Shown here piece by piece: positions 25,301-40,300 of a stretch of DNA of 64,000 nucleotides. Position 1 is the first letter of the stretch. Each line of letters starts with the position of its first letter. The translations under genes were made by a program, and so were the position numbers. The stretch covers positions 12,648,001 to 12,712,000 of the forward strand of contig NC_073405.1 of assembly GCF_028641065.1 (NCBI RefSeq), read 5' to 3'. Source of the stretch: Leucoraja erinacea (taxonomy: Eukaryota). Below the pieces are notes generated by a model. That model had not been told where the DNA came from, made no database searches, and saw nothing but the letters and a program-made list of their open reading frames with translations.

Positions 25301-28300
25301 CAACATTTAAAACAAAGTTTGACAGGTACGTGGTAGGACTGGTTTGGAGGTGTATGGATCAAACACAGGCAGGTGGGACAATATTAGCTAGGACATTGAC
25401 TGGTGCACACAAATAGGGCCTTATTCCACGCAGTATGCCTATGATTCTAAAGCATCCTCATTTATAGGAGGTGTGAAATAGGTGTGAATCCAGGTGGTGT
25501 ACAGAAGGGAGGGTGGGGTGGGGGGGGCTTTGTTAGAAGTTATCTAAATTAGGAAAATTCAAAGTTCATACTGTTGGTTGTAAACTAGCTATTTTTCTTT
25601 CTTTGCTTCCAGGATACACAGTGCAGCCCATCGCCACGGGTGAGTTTGGGTTTCCATTTTATTGTTTCAGGAATCTTTGGTTATTCACTGCATTTATGAC
25701 ACTTCCACCACCCATATTCTGCCGGATTAACAGTTGAAATTCGGGAAATTTTGCCTTGTCCTTTGTTCACAAGTAAAATCTTGATTGAGAAATGAATGAA
25801 TTGAAAACTTTCCTTGCTGATGGCAAGGTTTATATTTCTCTACAAAACAAAAGCTGCTGTGATACCTGCTTCTCAGCCTTATGCTAGAAACAACTCACAA
25901 ATATTCTCATCTACATTGTGTGCAGAATTACACTCAAATGTATCAAACAATTGCCTCAGATCACAATTATTCTACTCGATCTGTTGCTTAAGCTGTGTAG
26001 AAAACCATAACTTGGAAACTGTTCTTAAACTATTTTAAAATTGTTGTAGTAACAGCGTGCTAAATTGCTCACTATATTTCCACAGTTCCAGCTCCAATCG
26101 ACTTAACAAATGACATTAATTACAACGTGACGTTCACTGTTAGTCTGCCAATTGAAGAAATTCAAAGAAACCCTTCAGAAACAGCAACCATCATTGCAGC
26201 TGAGGTGAGAAAGTTGTACAAGATAGTTTTCTGCTGATATATTACTTCATCGGTCCCTTTTTTTTTCTCATTCTAACACAATTTTTCTTACTGTCCTCAG
26301 ATCATAGACCTGTTCGAAAACAGCATAATCAATGCAACATTCTTAACATGTGTTGTAAAATCATTCAGGTAACACACAGTCATTTCCCTATCGGTTATGA
26401 AACTTGCATTCCTTTAATTTCCAATTGTTCTCGCACAGTGTTTCCAATTTGCAAACACGATAATCTCATAAACACATTTCCTGCAAATATCATTGTGGAG
26501 TCAATATGCATTCTTATATATTCATAGGTGAGTCCAGGTGGGGCACAGGAGAGGGATGCGGGTTGGGGGCGGTTTGTTGGAGCTTACTTCAAATTGGAAA
26601 ATTCAAGACACAATGTTGTGCAGTACATCAGCGGGTCAGGCAGCAAATCTGGGCATTATGGCGCTGCAATGTTTAGGGTTTGCCCCTTCTTCAGACATAT
26701 TGCAGTAGGTGTGAGATTGGCAAATAGTTGGTCAAATTCCACTGAAAAAGACAGCTAGTTTCGTACAGGGAGAAACCTTAAGGAGGCATTCAATATAAAG
26801 CCAGAGGAAGGAAAACTGGTGGATTAGGAGAATGGGGGGTGTTGGGACCATTGAGAACTGGGTGCACACCCAGGTGTAGCACAGGGAAGTTGGGGAGAAA
26901 GGGAAGGTGGCATTTGTAGGTTAGTTATGTTAAATTGGAGAATTCATTGTTCATACCGTTAGGCTCTAAGCTACTCTTTGGAATTTGAGGTGCTGTTCCT
27001 CTAGTTTGAGTGTGGCCTCACTCTGGCAATGGATGAGGCCTAGGACAGACCATTCAGTAAAGGAATAGGAAAGGGGGATAAAATGTTATAAAACTGGGAG
27101 ATCCAGTAGGCCTTGGTCGACACTGCACGTGTTCAGCTGAATGGTCACCTAGACCATGCTTGGTCTTGCCAATGTAATTGAGACCACATCAGAGCAACAA
27201 ATGTAATAGAAGAGGTTCAAGACTGTTGGCGTGAAAGCTAAGGACGAGGGGAACTCTGTCCTTGTTCCATTTGGATGAGGCGGAAACAAGAGCAGAATTA
27301 GTTGAGATGTGAGTGAAAGATCGATCTATGACAACCAGTGGTAATCCATGTTTACTCAAGAAAGGGCATATCTCAGATGCCCTAGAATGGGAAGCCCATT
27401 CCCACGGGAGTGGGAGCAGATGCGGCGGAGACGGACAAATTGAGAATCGGCTTTCTGTGACCATTGCTTCTATCCTTATAATCAGCCACAGCAATGTTTA
27501 GCTGTGCTCTTGTTAAGACTGCAAACAACTTTGCACTAAATTCTTTTACACTTATCACAAATGTTTTTTGCTTTTTCGCAGCGGGGAAATGGTTAACAAC
27601 ACCAGAGTGACAGCTAATTGTTCATTCCAAAACGTGTCCACCATGGAACCCGTCAACCGAGAAAAGGTTTATGACGTATTTAGCGAGAAGACCGATGACA
27701 TTTCCTCACTGGGGCCACACTTACTGCAAAGCTACAGCCTCTATGTAAACGGTACATATCAAAATATTCTTTGATGTTTCTCTTCATATTGTACTTGTGC
27801 AATCTACGCTAACTATTGATTTATAGTAACGGTTTTTGGTATTTACATATTTAGATCAGGGACAACTAGGTATTGTAGTTTTGCAAAGAGGACCAGAGGA
27901 CATGGGTTTAAGGTGAAAAAATGGAATAGGAATCTGAGGTGTCAAATTTTCACACAAAGGGTGGTGAGTGTATGGAACGAGCTGACAGAAGAGGTTGTTG
28001 AGCCAGGGACTATCGCAACATTTAAAACAAAGTTTGACAGGTACGTGGATAGGACTGGTTTGGAGGTGTATGGATCAAACACAGGCAGGTGGGACAATAT
28101 TAGCTAGGACATTGACTGGTGCACACAAATAGGGCCTTATTCCACGCAGTATGCCTCTATGTTTCTAAATCATCCTCATTTATAGGAGGTGTGAAATTGT
28201 GAATCCAGGTGGTGTACAGAAGGGAGGATGGGGTGGGGGGGGCTTTGTTAGAAGTTATCTAAATTAGGAAAATTCAAAGTTCATACTGTTGGTTGTAAAC

Positions 28301-31300
28301 TACCTATGTTTCTTTCTTTGCTTCCAGGTTACACTGTGCAGCCCATCGCCACGGGTGAGTTTGGGTTTCCATTTTATTGTTTCAGGAATCTTTGGTTATT
28401 CACTGCATTTATGACACTTCCACCACCCATATTCTGCCGGATTAACAGTTGAAATTCGGGAAATTTTGCCTTGTCCTTTGTTCACAAGTAAAATCTTGAT
28501 TGAGAAATGAATGAATTGAAAACTTTCCTTGCTGATGGCAAGGTTTATATTTCTCTACAAAACAAAAGCTGCTGTGATACCTGCTTCTCAGCCTTATGCT
28601 AGAAACAACTCACAAATATTCTCATCTACATCGTGTGCAGAATTTCACTCAAATATATCAAACAATTGCCTCAGATCACAATTATTCTACTCGATCTGTT
28701 GCTTAAGCTGTGTAGAAAACCATAACTTGGAAACTGTTCTTAAACTATTTTAAAATTGTTGTAGTATCAGCGTGCTAAATTGCTCACTATATTTCCACAG
28801 TTCCAGCTCCAATCGACTTAACAAATGACATTAATTACAACGTGACGTTCACTGTTAGTCTGCCAATTGAAGAAATTCAAAGAAACCCTTCAGAAACAGC
28901 AACCATCATTGCAGCTGAGGTGAGAAAGTTGTACAAGATAGTTTTCTGCTGATATATTACTTCATCGGTCCCTTTTTTTTTCTCATTCTAACACAATTTT
29001 TCTTACTGTCCTCAGATCATAGACCTGTTCGAAAACAGCATAATCAATGCAACATTCTTAACATGTGTTGTAAAATCATTCAGGTAACACACAGTCATTT
29101 CCCTATCGGTTATGAAACTTGCATTCCTTTAATTTCCAATTGTTCTCGCACAGTGTTTCCAATTTGCAAACACGATAATCTCATAAACACATTTCCTGCA
29201 AATATCATTGTGGAGTCAATATGCATTCTTATATATTCATAGGTGAGTCCAGGTGGGGCACAGGAGAGGGATGCGGGTTGAGGGCGGTTTGTTGGAGCTT
29301 ACTTCAAATTGGAAAATTCAAGACACAATGTTGTGCAGTACATCAGCGGGTCAGGCAGCAAATCTGGGCATTATGGCGCTGCAATGTTTAGGGTTTGCCC
29401 CTTCTTCAGACATATTGCAGTAGGTGTGAGATTGGCAAATAGTTGGTCAAATTCCACTGAAAAAGACAGCTAGTTTCGTACAGGGAGAAACCTTAAGGAG
29501 GCATTCAATATAAAGCCAGAGGAAGGAAAACTGGTGGATTAGGAGAATGGGGGGTGTTGGGACCATTGAGAACTGGGTGCACACCCAGGTGTAGCACAGG
29601 GAAGTTGGGGAGAAAGGGAAGGTGGCATTTGTAGGTTAGTTATGTTAAATTGGAGAATTCATTGTTCATACCGTTAGGCTCTAAGCTACTCTTTGGAATT
29701 TGAGGTGCTGTTCCTCTAGTTTGAGTGTGGCCTCACTCTGGCAATGGATGAGGCCTAGGACAGACCATTCAGTAAAGGAATAGGAAAGGGGGATAAAATG
29801 TTATAAAACTGGGAGATCCAGTAGGCCTTGGTCGACACTGCACGTGTTCAGCTGAATGGTCACCTAGACCATGCTTGGTCTTGCCAATGTAATTGAGACC
29901 ACATCAGAGCAACAAATGTAATAGAAGAGGTTCAAGACTGTTGGCGTGAAAGCTAAGGACGAGGGGAACTCTGTCCTTGTTCCATTTGGATGAGGCGGAA
30001 ACAAGAGTAGAATTAGTTGAGACGTGAGTGAAAGATCCATCTATGACAACCAGTGGTAATCCATGTTTACTCAAGAAAGGGCATATCTCAGATGCCCTAG
30101 AATGGGAAGCCCATTCCCACGGGAGTGGGAGCAGATGCGGCGGAGACGGACAAATTGAGAATCGGCTTTCTGTGACCATTGCTTCTATCCTTATAATCAG
30201 CCACAGCAATGTTTAGCTGTGCTCTTGTTAAGACTGCAAACAACTTTGCACTAAATTCTTTTACACTTATCACAAATGTTTTTTGCTTTTTCTCAGCGAG
30301 GAAATGGTTAACAACACCAGAGTGACAGCTAATTGTTCATTCCAAAACGTGTCCACCATGGAACCCGTCAACCGAGAAAAGGTTTATGATGTATTTAGCG
30401 AGAAGACCGATGACATTTCCTCACTGGGGCCACACTTACTGCAAAGCTACAGCCTCTATGTAAACGGTACATATCAAAATATTCTTTGATGTTTCTCTTC
30501 ATATTGTACTTGTGCAATCTACGCTAACTATTGATTTATAGTAACGGGTTTTGGTGTTTACATATTTAGATCAGGGACAACTAGGTATTGTAGTTTTGCA
30601 AAGAGGACCAGAGGACATGGGTTTAAGGTGAAAAAATGGAATAGGAATCTGAGGTGTCAAATTTTCACACAAAGGGTGGTGAGTGTATGGAACGAGCTGA
30701 CAGAAGAGGTTGTTGAGCCAGGGACTATCGCAACATTTAAAACAAAGTTTGACAGGTACGTGGATAGGACTGGTTTGGAGGTGTATGGATCAAACACAGG
30801 CAGGTGGGACAATATTAGCTAGGACATTGACTGGTGCACACAAATAGGGCCTTATTCCACGCAGTATGCCTCTATGATTCTAAAGCATCCTCATTTATAG
30901 GAGGTGTGAAATAGGTGTGAATCCAGGTGGTGTACAGAAGGGAGGGTGGGGTGGGGGGGGGGCTTTGTTAGAAGTTATCTAAATTAGGAAAATTCAAAGT
31001 TCATACTGTTGGTTGTAAACTTCCTATGTTTCTTTCTTTGCTTCCAGGTTACACAGTGCAGCCCATCGCCACGGGTGAGTTTGGGTTTCCATTTTATTGT
31101 TTCAGGAATCTTTGGTTATTCACTGCATTTATGATACTTCCACCACCCATATTCTGCCAGATTAACAGTTGAAATTTGGGAAATTTTGCCTTGTCCTTTG
31201 TTCACAAGTAAATTCTTGATTGAGAAATGAATGAATTGAAAACTTTCCTTGCTGATGGCAAGATTTATATTTCTCTACAAAACAAAAGCTGCTGTGATAC

Positions 31301-34300
31301 CTGCTTCACAGCCTTATGCTAGAAACAACCCACAAATATTCTCATCTACATCGTGTGCAGAATTACACTCAAATGTATCAAACAATTGCCTCAGATCACA
31401 ATTATTCTACTCGATCTGTTGCTTAAGCTGTGTAGAAAACCATAACTTGGAAACTGTTCTTAAACTATTTTAAAATTGTTGTAGTATCAGCGTGCTAAAT
31501 TGCTCACTATATTTCCACAGTTCCAGCTCCAATCGACTTAACAAATGACATTAATTACAACGTGACGTTCACTGTTAGTCTGCCAATTGAAGAAATTCAA
31601 AGAAACCCTTCAGAAACAGCAACCATCATTGCAGCTGAGGTGAGAAAGTTGTACAAGATAGTTTTCTGCTGATATATTACTTCATCGTTCCCTTTTTTTT
31701 TCTCATTCTAACACAATTTTTCTTACTGTCCTCAGATCATAGACCTGTTCGAAAACAGCATAATCAATGCAACATTCTTAACATGTGTTGTAAAATCATT
31801 CAGGTAACTCACAGTCATTTTCCTATCAATTATGAAACTTGCATTCCTTTAAACGAGGGGAACTCTGTCCTTGTTCCATCTGGATGAGGCACATGCGAGA
31901 GCAGAATTAGATGAGATGTGAGTGAAGGATCCATCTATGACAACCAGTGGTAAATCCATTTTTACTCAAGAAAGGGCATGTCTCAGATGCCCTAGAATGG
32001 AAAGCCCATTCCCATGGGAGTGGGAGCAGATGCGGAGGAGACGGATACATTGAGAATCGGCTTTCTGTGACCATTGCTTCTACCCTTATAATCAGCCACA
32101 GCAATGTTTAGCTGTGCTCTTGTTAAGACTGCAAACAACTTTGCACTAAATTCTTTTACACTTATCACAAATGTCTTTTGCTTTTTCGCAGCGAGGAAAT
32201 GGTTAACAACACCAGAGTGACAGCTAATTGTTCATTCCAAAACGTGTCCACCATGGAACCCATCAACCGAGAAAAGGTTTATGATGTATTTAACGAGAAG
32301 ACCGATGACATTTCCTCACTGGGGCCACACTTACTGCAAAGCTACAGCCTCTATGTAAACGGTACATATCAAAATATTCTTTGATGTTTCTCTACATATT
32401 GTACTTGTGCAATCTACGCTAACTATTGATTTATAGTAACGGTTTTTGGTATTTACATATGTAGATCAGGGACAACTAGGTATTGTAGTTTTGCAAAGAG
32501 GACCAGAGGACATGGGTTTAAGGTGAAAAAATGGAATAGGAATCTGAGGTGTCAAATTTTCGCACAAAGGGTGGTGAGTGTATGGAACGAGCTGACAGAA
32601 GAGGTTGTTGAGCCAGGGACTATCGCAACATTTAAAACAAAGTTTGACAGGTACGTGGATAGGACTGGTTTGGAGGTGTATGGATCAAACATAGGCAGGT
32701 GGGACAATATTAGCTAGGACATTGACTGGTGCACACAAATAGGGCCTTATTCCACGCAGTATGACTCTATGATTCTAAAGCATCCTCATTTATAGGAGGT
32801 GTGAAATAGGTGTGAATCCAGGTGGTGTACAGAAGGGAGGGTGGGGTGGGGGGGCTTTGTTAGAAGTTATCTAAATTAGGAAAATTCAAAGTTCATACTG
32901 TTGGTTGTAAACTACCTATGTTTCTTTCTTTGCTTCCAGGATACACTGTGCAGCCCATCGCCACGGGTGAGTTTGGGTTTCCATTTTATTGTTTCAGGAA
33001 TCTTTGGTTATGCACTGCATTTATGACACTTCCACCACCCATATTCTGCCGGATTAACAGTTGAAATTCGGGAAATTTTGCCTTGTCCTTTGTTCACAAC
33101 TAAAATCTTGATGGAGAAATGATTGAATTGAAAACTTTCCTTGCTGATGGCAAGGTTTATATTTCTCTACAAAACAAAAGCTGCTTTGATACCTGCTTCT
33201 CAGCCTTATGCTAGAAACAACTCACAAATATTCTCATCTACATTGTGTGCAGAATTACACTCAAATGTATCAAACAATTGCCTCATATCACAATTATTCT
33301 ACTCGATCTGTAGCTTAAGCTGTGTAGAAAACCATAACTTGGAAACTGTTCTTAAACTATTTTAAAATTGTTGTAGTATCAGCGTGCTAAATTGCTCAAT
33401 ATATTTCCACAGTTCCAGCTCCAATCGACTTAACAAATGACATTAATTACAACGTGACGTTCACTGTTAGTCTGCCAATTGAAGAAATTCAAAGAAACCC
33501 TTCAGAAACAGCAACCATCATTGCAGCTGAGGTGAGAAAGTTGTACAAGATAGTTTTCTGCTGATATATTACTTAATCGTTCCCTTTTTTTTCTCATTCT
33601 AACACAATTTTTCTTACTGTCCTCAGATCATAGACCTGTTCGAAAACAGCATAATCAATGCAACATTCTTAACATGTGTTGTAAAATCATTCAGGTAACT
33701 CACAGTCATTTTCCTATCAATTATGAAACTTGCATTCCTTTAAACGAGGGGAACTCTGTCCTTGTTCCATCTGGATGAGGCACATGCGAGAGCAGAATTA
33801 GATGAGATGTGAGTGAAGGATCCATCTATGACAACCAGTGGTAATTCCATTTTTACTCAAGAAAGGGCATGTCTCAGATGCCCTAGAATGGAAAGCCCAT
33901 TCCCATGGGAGTGGGAGCAGATGCGGAGGAGACGGATACATTGAGAATCGGCTTTCTGTGACCATTGCTTCTACCCTTATAATCAGCCACAGCAATGTTT
34001 AGCTGTGCTCTTGTTAAGACTGCAAACAACTTTGCACTAAATTCTTTTACACTTATCACAAATGTCTTTTGCTTTTTCGCAGCGAGGAAATGGTTAACAA
34101 CACCAGAGTGACAGCTAATTGTTCATTCCAAAACGTGTCCACCATGGAACCCATCAACCGAGAAAAGGTTTATGATGTATTTAACGAGAAGACCGATGAC
34201 ATTTCCTCACTGGGGCCACACTTACTGCAAAGCTACAGCCTCTATGTAAATGGTACATATCAAAATATTCTTTGATGTTTCTCTACATATTGTACTTGTG

Positions 34301-37300
34301 CAATCTACGCTAACTATTGATTTATAGTAACGGTTTTTGGTATTTACATATTTAGATCAGGGACAACTAGGTATTGTAGTTTTGCAAAGAGGACCAGAGG
34401 ACATGGGTTTAAGGTGAAAAAATGGAATAGGAATCTGAGGTGTCAAATTTTCACACAAAGGGTGGTGAGTGTATGGAACGAGCTGACAGAAGAGGTTGAT
34501 GAACCAGGGACTATCGCAACATTTAAAACAAAGTTTGACAGGTACGTGGATAGGACTGGTTTGGAGGTGTATGGATCAAACACAGGCAGGTGGGACAATA
34601 TTAGCTAGGACATTGACTGGTGCACACAAATAGGGCCTTATTCCACGCAGTATGCCTCTATGATTCTAAAGCATCCTCATTTATAGGAGGTGTGAAATAG
34701 GTGTGAATCCAGGTGGTGTACAGAAGGGAGGGTGGGGTGGGGGGGGGGCTTTGTTAGAAGTTATCTAAATTAGGAAAATTCAAAGTTCATACTGTTGGTT
34801 GTAAACTACCTATGTTTCTTTCTTTGCTTCCAGGTTACACAGTGCAGCCCATCGCCACGGGTGAGTTTGGGTTTCCATTTTATTGTTTCAGGAATCTTTG
34901 GTTATTCACTGCATTTATGATACTTCCACCACCCATATTCTGCCGGATTAACAGTTGAAATTCGGGAAATTTTGCCTTGTCCGTTGTTCACAAGTAAAAT
35001 CTTGATTGCGAAATGATTGAATTGAAAACTTTCCTTGCTGATGGCAAGGTTTATATTTCTCTACAAAACAAAAGCTGCTTTGATACCTGCTTCTCAGCCT
35101 TATGCTAGAAACAACTCACAAATATTCTCATCTACATTGTGTGCAGAATTACACTCAAATGTATCAAACAATTGCCTCAGATCACAATTATTCTACTCAA
35201 TCTGTAGCTTAAACTGTGTAGAAAACCATAACTTGGAAACTGTTCTTAAACTATTTTAAAATTGTTGTAGTATCAGCGTGCTAAACTGCTCACTATATTT
35301 CCACAGTTCCAGCTCCAATCGACTTAACAAATGACATTAATTACAACGTGACGTTCACTGTTAGTCTGCCAATTGAAGAAATTCAAAGAAACCCTTCAGA
35401 AACAGCAACCATCATTGCAGCTGAGGTGAGAAAGTTGTACAAGATAGTTTTCTGCTGATATATTACTTCATCGGTCCCTTTTTTTTTCTCATTCTAACAC
35501 AATTTTTCTTACTGTCCTCAGATCATAGACCTGTTCGAAAACAGCATAATCAATGCAACATTCTTAACATGTGTTGTAAAATCATTCAGGTAACTCACAG
35601 TCATTTTCCTATCAATTATGAAACTTGCATTCCTTTAAACGAGGGGAACTCTGTCCTTGTTCCATCTGGATGAGGCACATGCGAGAGCAGAATTAGATGA
35701 GAGATGTGAGTGAAGGATCCATCTATGACAACCAGTGGTAATCCCATGTTTACTCAAGAAAGGGCATGTCTCACATGCCCTAGAATGGGAAGCCCATTCC
35801 CATGGGAGTGGGAGCAGATGCGGAGGAGACGGATACATTGAGAATCGGCTTTCTGTGAACATTGCTTTGACCCATAATATCAGCCACAGCAATGTTTACC
35901 TGTGCTCTTGTTAAAACTGCAAACAACCTTGCAATCACTTCTTGTATACTTGTCACAAATGTCTTTTCCTTTTTCGCGGCGATAAAATGGTTAACAACAC
36001 CAGAGTGACAGCTAATTGTTCATTCCAAAACGTGTCCACCATGGAACCCATCAACCGAGAAAAGGTTTATGATGTATTTAACGAGAAGACCGATGACATT
36101 TCCTCACTGGGGCCACACTTACTGCAAAGCTACAGCCTCTATGTAAATGGTACATATCAAAATATTCTTTGATGTTTCTCTACATATTGTACTTGTGCAA
36201 TCTACGCTAACTATTGATTTATAGTAACGGTTTTTGGTATTTACATATGTAGATCAGGGACAACTAGGTATTGTAGTTTTGCAAAGAGGACCAGAGGACA
36301 TGGGTTTAAGGTGAAAAAATGGAATAGGAATCTGAGGTGTCAAATTTTCGCACAAAGGGTGGTGAGTGTATGGAACGAGCTGACAGAAGAGGTTGTTGAG
36401 CCAGGGACTATCGCAACATTTAAAACAAAGTTTGACAGGTACGTGGATAGGACTGGTTTGGAGGTGTATGGATCAAACATAGGCAGGTGGGACAATATTA
36501 GCTAGGACATTGACTGGTGCACACAAATAGGGCCTTATTCCACGCAGTATGACTCTATGATTCTAAAGCATCCTCATTTATAGGAGGTGTGAAATAGGTG
36601 TGAATCCAGGTGGTGTACAGAAGGGAGGGTGGGGTGGGGGGCTTTGTTAGAAGTTATCTAAATTAGGAAAATTCAAAGTTCATATTGTTGGTTGTAAACT
36701 ACCTATGTTTCTTTCTTTGCTTCCAGGTTACACTGTGCAGCCCATCGCCACGGGTGAGTTTGGGTTTCCATTTTATTGTTTCAGAAATCTTTGGTTATTC
36801 ACTGCATTTATGACACTTCCACCACCCATATTCTGCCGGATTAACAGTTGAAATTCGGGAAATTTTGCCTTGTCCTTTGTTCACAAGTAAAATCTTGATG
36901 GAGAAATGATTGAATTGAAAACTTTCCTTGCTGATGGCAAGGTTTATATTTCTCTACAAAACAAAAGCTGCTTTGATACCTGCTTCTCAGCCTTATGTTA
37001 GAAACAACTCACAAATATTCTCATCTACATTGTGTGCAGAATTACACTCAAATGTATCAAACAATTGCCTCAGATCACAATTATTCTACTCAATCTGTAG
37101 CTTAAGCTGTGTAGAAAACCATAACTTGGAAACTGTTCTTAAACTATTTTAAAATTGTTGTAGTATCAGCGTGCTAAATTGCTCACTATATTTCCACAGT
37201 TCCAGCTCCAATCGACTTAACAAATGACATTAATTACAACGTGACGTTCACTGTTAGTCTGCCAATTGAAGAAATTCAAAGAAATCCTTCAGAAACAGCA

Positions 37301-40300
37301 ACCATCATTGCAGCTGAGGTGAGAAAGTTGTACAAGATAGTTTTCTGCTGATATATTACTTCATCGGTCCCTTTTTTTTTCTCATTCTAACACAATTTTT
37401 CTTACTGTCCTCAGATCATAGACCTGTTCGAAAACAGCATAATCAATGCAACATTCTTAACATGTGTTGTAGAATCATTCAGGTAACTCACAGTCATTTT
37501 CCTATCAATTATGAAACTTGCATTCCTTTAAATGAGGGGAACTCTGTCCTTGTTCCATCTGGATGAGGCACATGTGACAACAGAATTAGATGAGATGTGA
37601 GTGAAGGATCCATCTATGACAACCAGTGGTATTCCCATGTTTACTCAAGAAAGGGCATGTCTCAGATGCCCTAGAATGGGAAGCCCATTTCCATGGGAGT
37701 GGGAGCAGATGCGGAGGAGACGGATACATTGAGAATCGGCTTTCTGTGACCATTGCTTCTACCCTTATAATCAGCCACAGCAATGTTTAGCTGTGCTCTT
37801 GTTAAGACTGCAAACAACTTTGCACTAAATTCTTTTACACTTATCACAAATGTCTTTTGCTTTTTCGCAGCGAGGAAATGGTTAACAACACCAGAGTGAC
37901 AGCTAATTGTTCATTCCAAAACGTGCCCACCATGGAACCCATCAACCGAGAAAAGGTTTATGATGTATTTAACGAGAAGACCGATGACATTTCCTCACTG
38001 GGGCCACACTTACTGCAAAGCTACAGCCTCTATGTAAACGGTACATATCAAAATATTCTTTGATGTTTCTCTACATATTGTACTTGTGCAATCTACGCTA
38101 ACTATTGATTTATAGTAACGGTTTTTGGTATTTACATATTTAGATCAGGGACAACTAGGTATTGTAGTTTTGCAAAGAGGACCAGAGGACATGGGTTTAA
38201 GGTGAAAAAATGGAATAGGAATCTGAGGTGTCAAATTTTCACACAAAGGGTGGTGAGTGTATGGAACGAGCTGACAGAAGAGGTTGATGAACCAGGGACT
38301 ATCGCAACATTTAAAACAAAGTTTGACAGGTACGTGGATAGGACTGGTTTGGAGGTGTATGGATCAAACACAGGCAGGTGGGACAATATTAGCTAGGACA
38401 TTGACTGGTGCACACAAATAGGGCCTTATTCCACGCAGTATGCCTCTATGATTCTAAAGCATCCTCATTTATAGGAGGTGTGAAATAGGTGTGAATCCAG
38501 GTGGTGTACAGAAGGGAGGGTGGGGTGGGGGGGGCTTTGTTAGAAGTTATCTAAATTAGGAAAATTCAAAGTTCATACTGTTGGTTGTAAACTTCCTATG
38601 TTTCTTTCTTTGCTTCCAGGTTACACAGTGCAGCCCATCGCCACGGGTGAGTTTGGGTTTCCATTTTATTGTTTCAGGAATCTTTGGTTATTCACTGCAT
38701 TTATGATACTTCCACCACCCATATTCTGCCGGATTAACAGTTGAAATTCGGGAAATTTTGCCTTGTCCGTTGTTCACAAGTAAAATCTTGATTGCGAAAT
38801 GATTGAATTGAAAACTTTCCTTGCTGATGGCAAGGTTTATATTTCTCTACAAAACAAAAGCTGCTTTGATACCTGCTTCTCAGCCTTATGCTAGAAACAA
38901 CTCACAAATATTCTCATCTACATTGTGTGCAGAATTACACTCAAATGTATCAAACAATTGCCTCAGATCACAATTATTCTACTCAATCTGTAGCTTAAAC
39001 TGTGTAGAAAACCATAACTTGGAAACTGTTCTTAAACTATTTTAAAATTGTTGTAGTATCAGCGTGCTAAACTGCTCACTATATTTCCACAGTTCCAGCT
39101 CCAATCGACTTAACAAATGACATTAATTACAACGTGACGTTCACTGTTAGTCTGCCAATTGAAGAAATTCAAAGAAACCCTTCAGAAACAGCAACCATCA
39201 TTGCAGCTGAGGTGAGAAAGTTGTACAAGATAGTTTTCTGCTGATATATTACTTCATCGGTCCCTTTTTTTTTCTCATTCTAACACAATTTTTCTTACTG
39301 TCCTCAGATCATAGACCTGTTCGAAAACAGCATAATCAATGCAACATTCTTAACATGTGTTGTAAAATCATTCAGGTAACTTACAGTCATTTTCCTATCA
39401 ATTATGAAACTTGCATTCCTTTAAACGAGGGGAACTCTGTCCTTGTTCCATCTGGATGTGGCGCATGCAAGAGCAGAATTAGATGAGATGTGAGTGAAGG
39501 ATCCATCTATGACAACCAGTGGTAATCCCATGTTTACTCAAGAAAGGGCATGTCTCACATGCCCTAGAATGGGAAGCCCATTCCCATGGGAGTGGGAGCA
39601 GATGCGGAGGAGACGGATACATTGAGAATTGGCTTTCTGTGACCATTGCTTCTACCCTTATAATCAGCCACAGCAATGTTTAGCTGTGCTCTTGTTAAGA
39701 CTGCAAACAACTTTGCACTAAATTCTTTTACACTTATCACAAATGTCTTTTGCTTTTTCGCAGCGAGGAAATGGTTAACAACACCAGAGTGACAGCTAAT
39801 TGTTCATTCCAAAACGTGTCCACCATGGAAACCGTCAACCGAAAAAAGGTTTATGATGTATTTAACGAGAAGACCGATGACATTTCCTCACTGGGGCCAC
39901 ACTTACTGCAAAGCTACAGCCTCTATGTAAATGGTACATATCAAAATATTCTTTGATGTTTCTCTACATATTGTACTTGTGCAATCTACGCTAACTATTG
40001 ATTTATAGTAATGGTTTTTGGTATTTACATATTTAGATCAGGGACAACTAGGTATTGTAGTTTTGCAAAGAGGACCAGAGGACATGGGTTTAAGGTGAAA
40101 AAATGGAATAGGTATCTGAGGTGTCACATTTTCACACAAAGGGTGGTGAGTGTATGGAAAGAGCTGACAGAAGAGGTTGATGAGCCAGGGACTATCGCAA
40201 CATTTAAAACAAAGTTTGACAGGTACGTGGATAGGACTGGTTTGGAGGTGTATGGATCAAACACAGGCAGGTTGGACAATATTAGCTAGGACATTGACTG

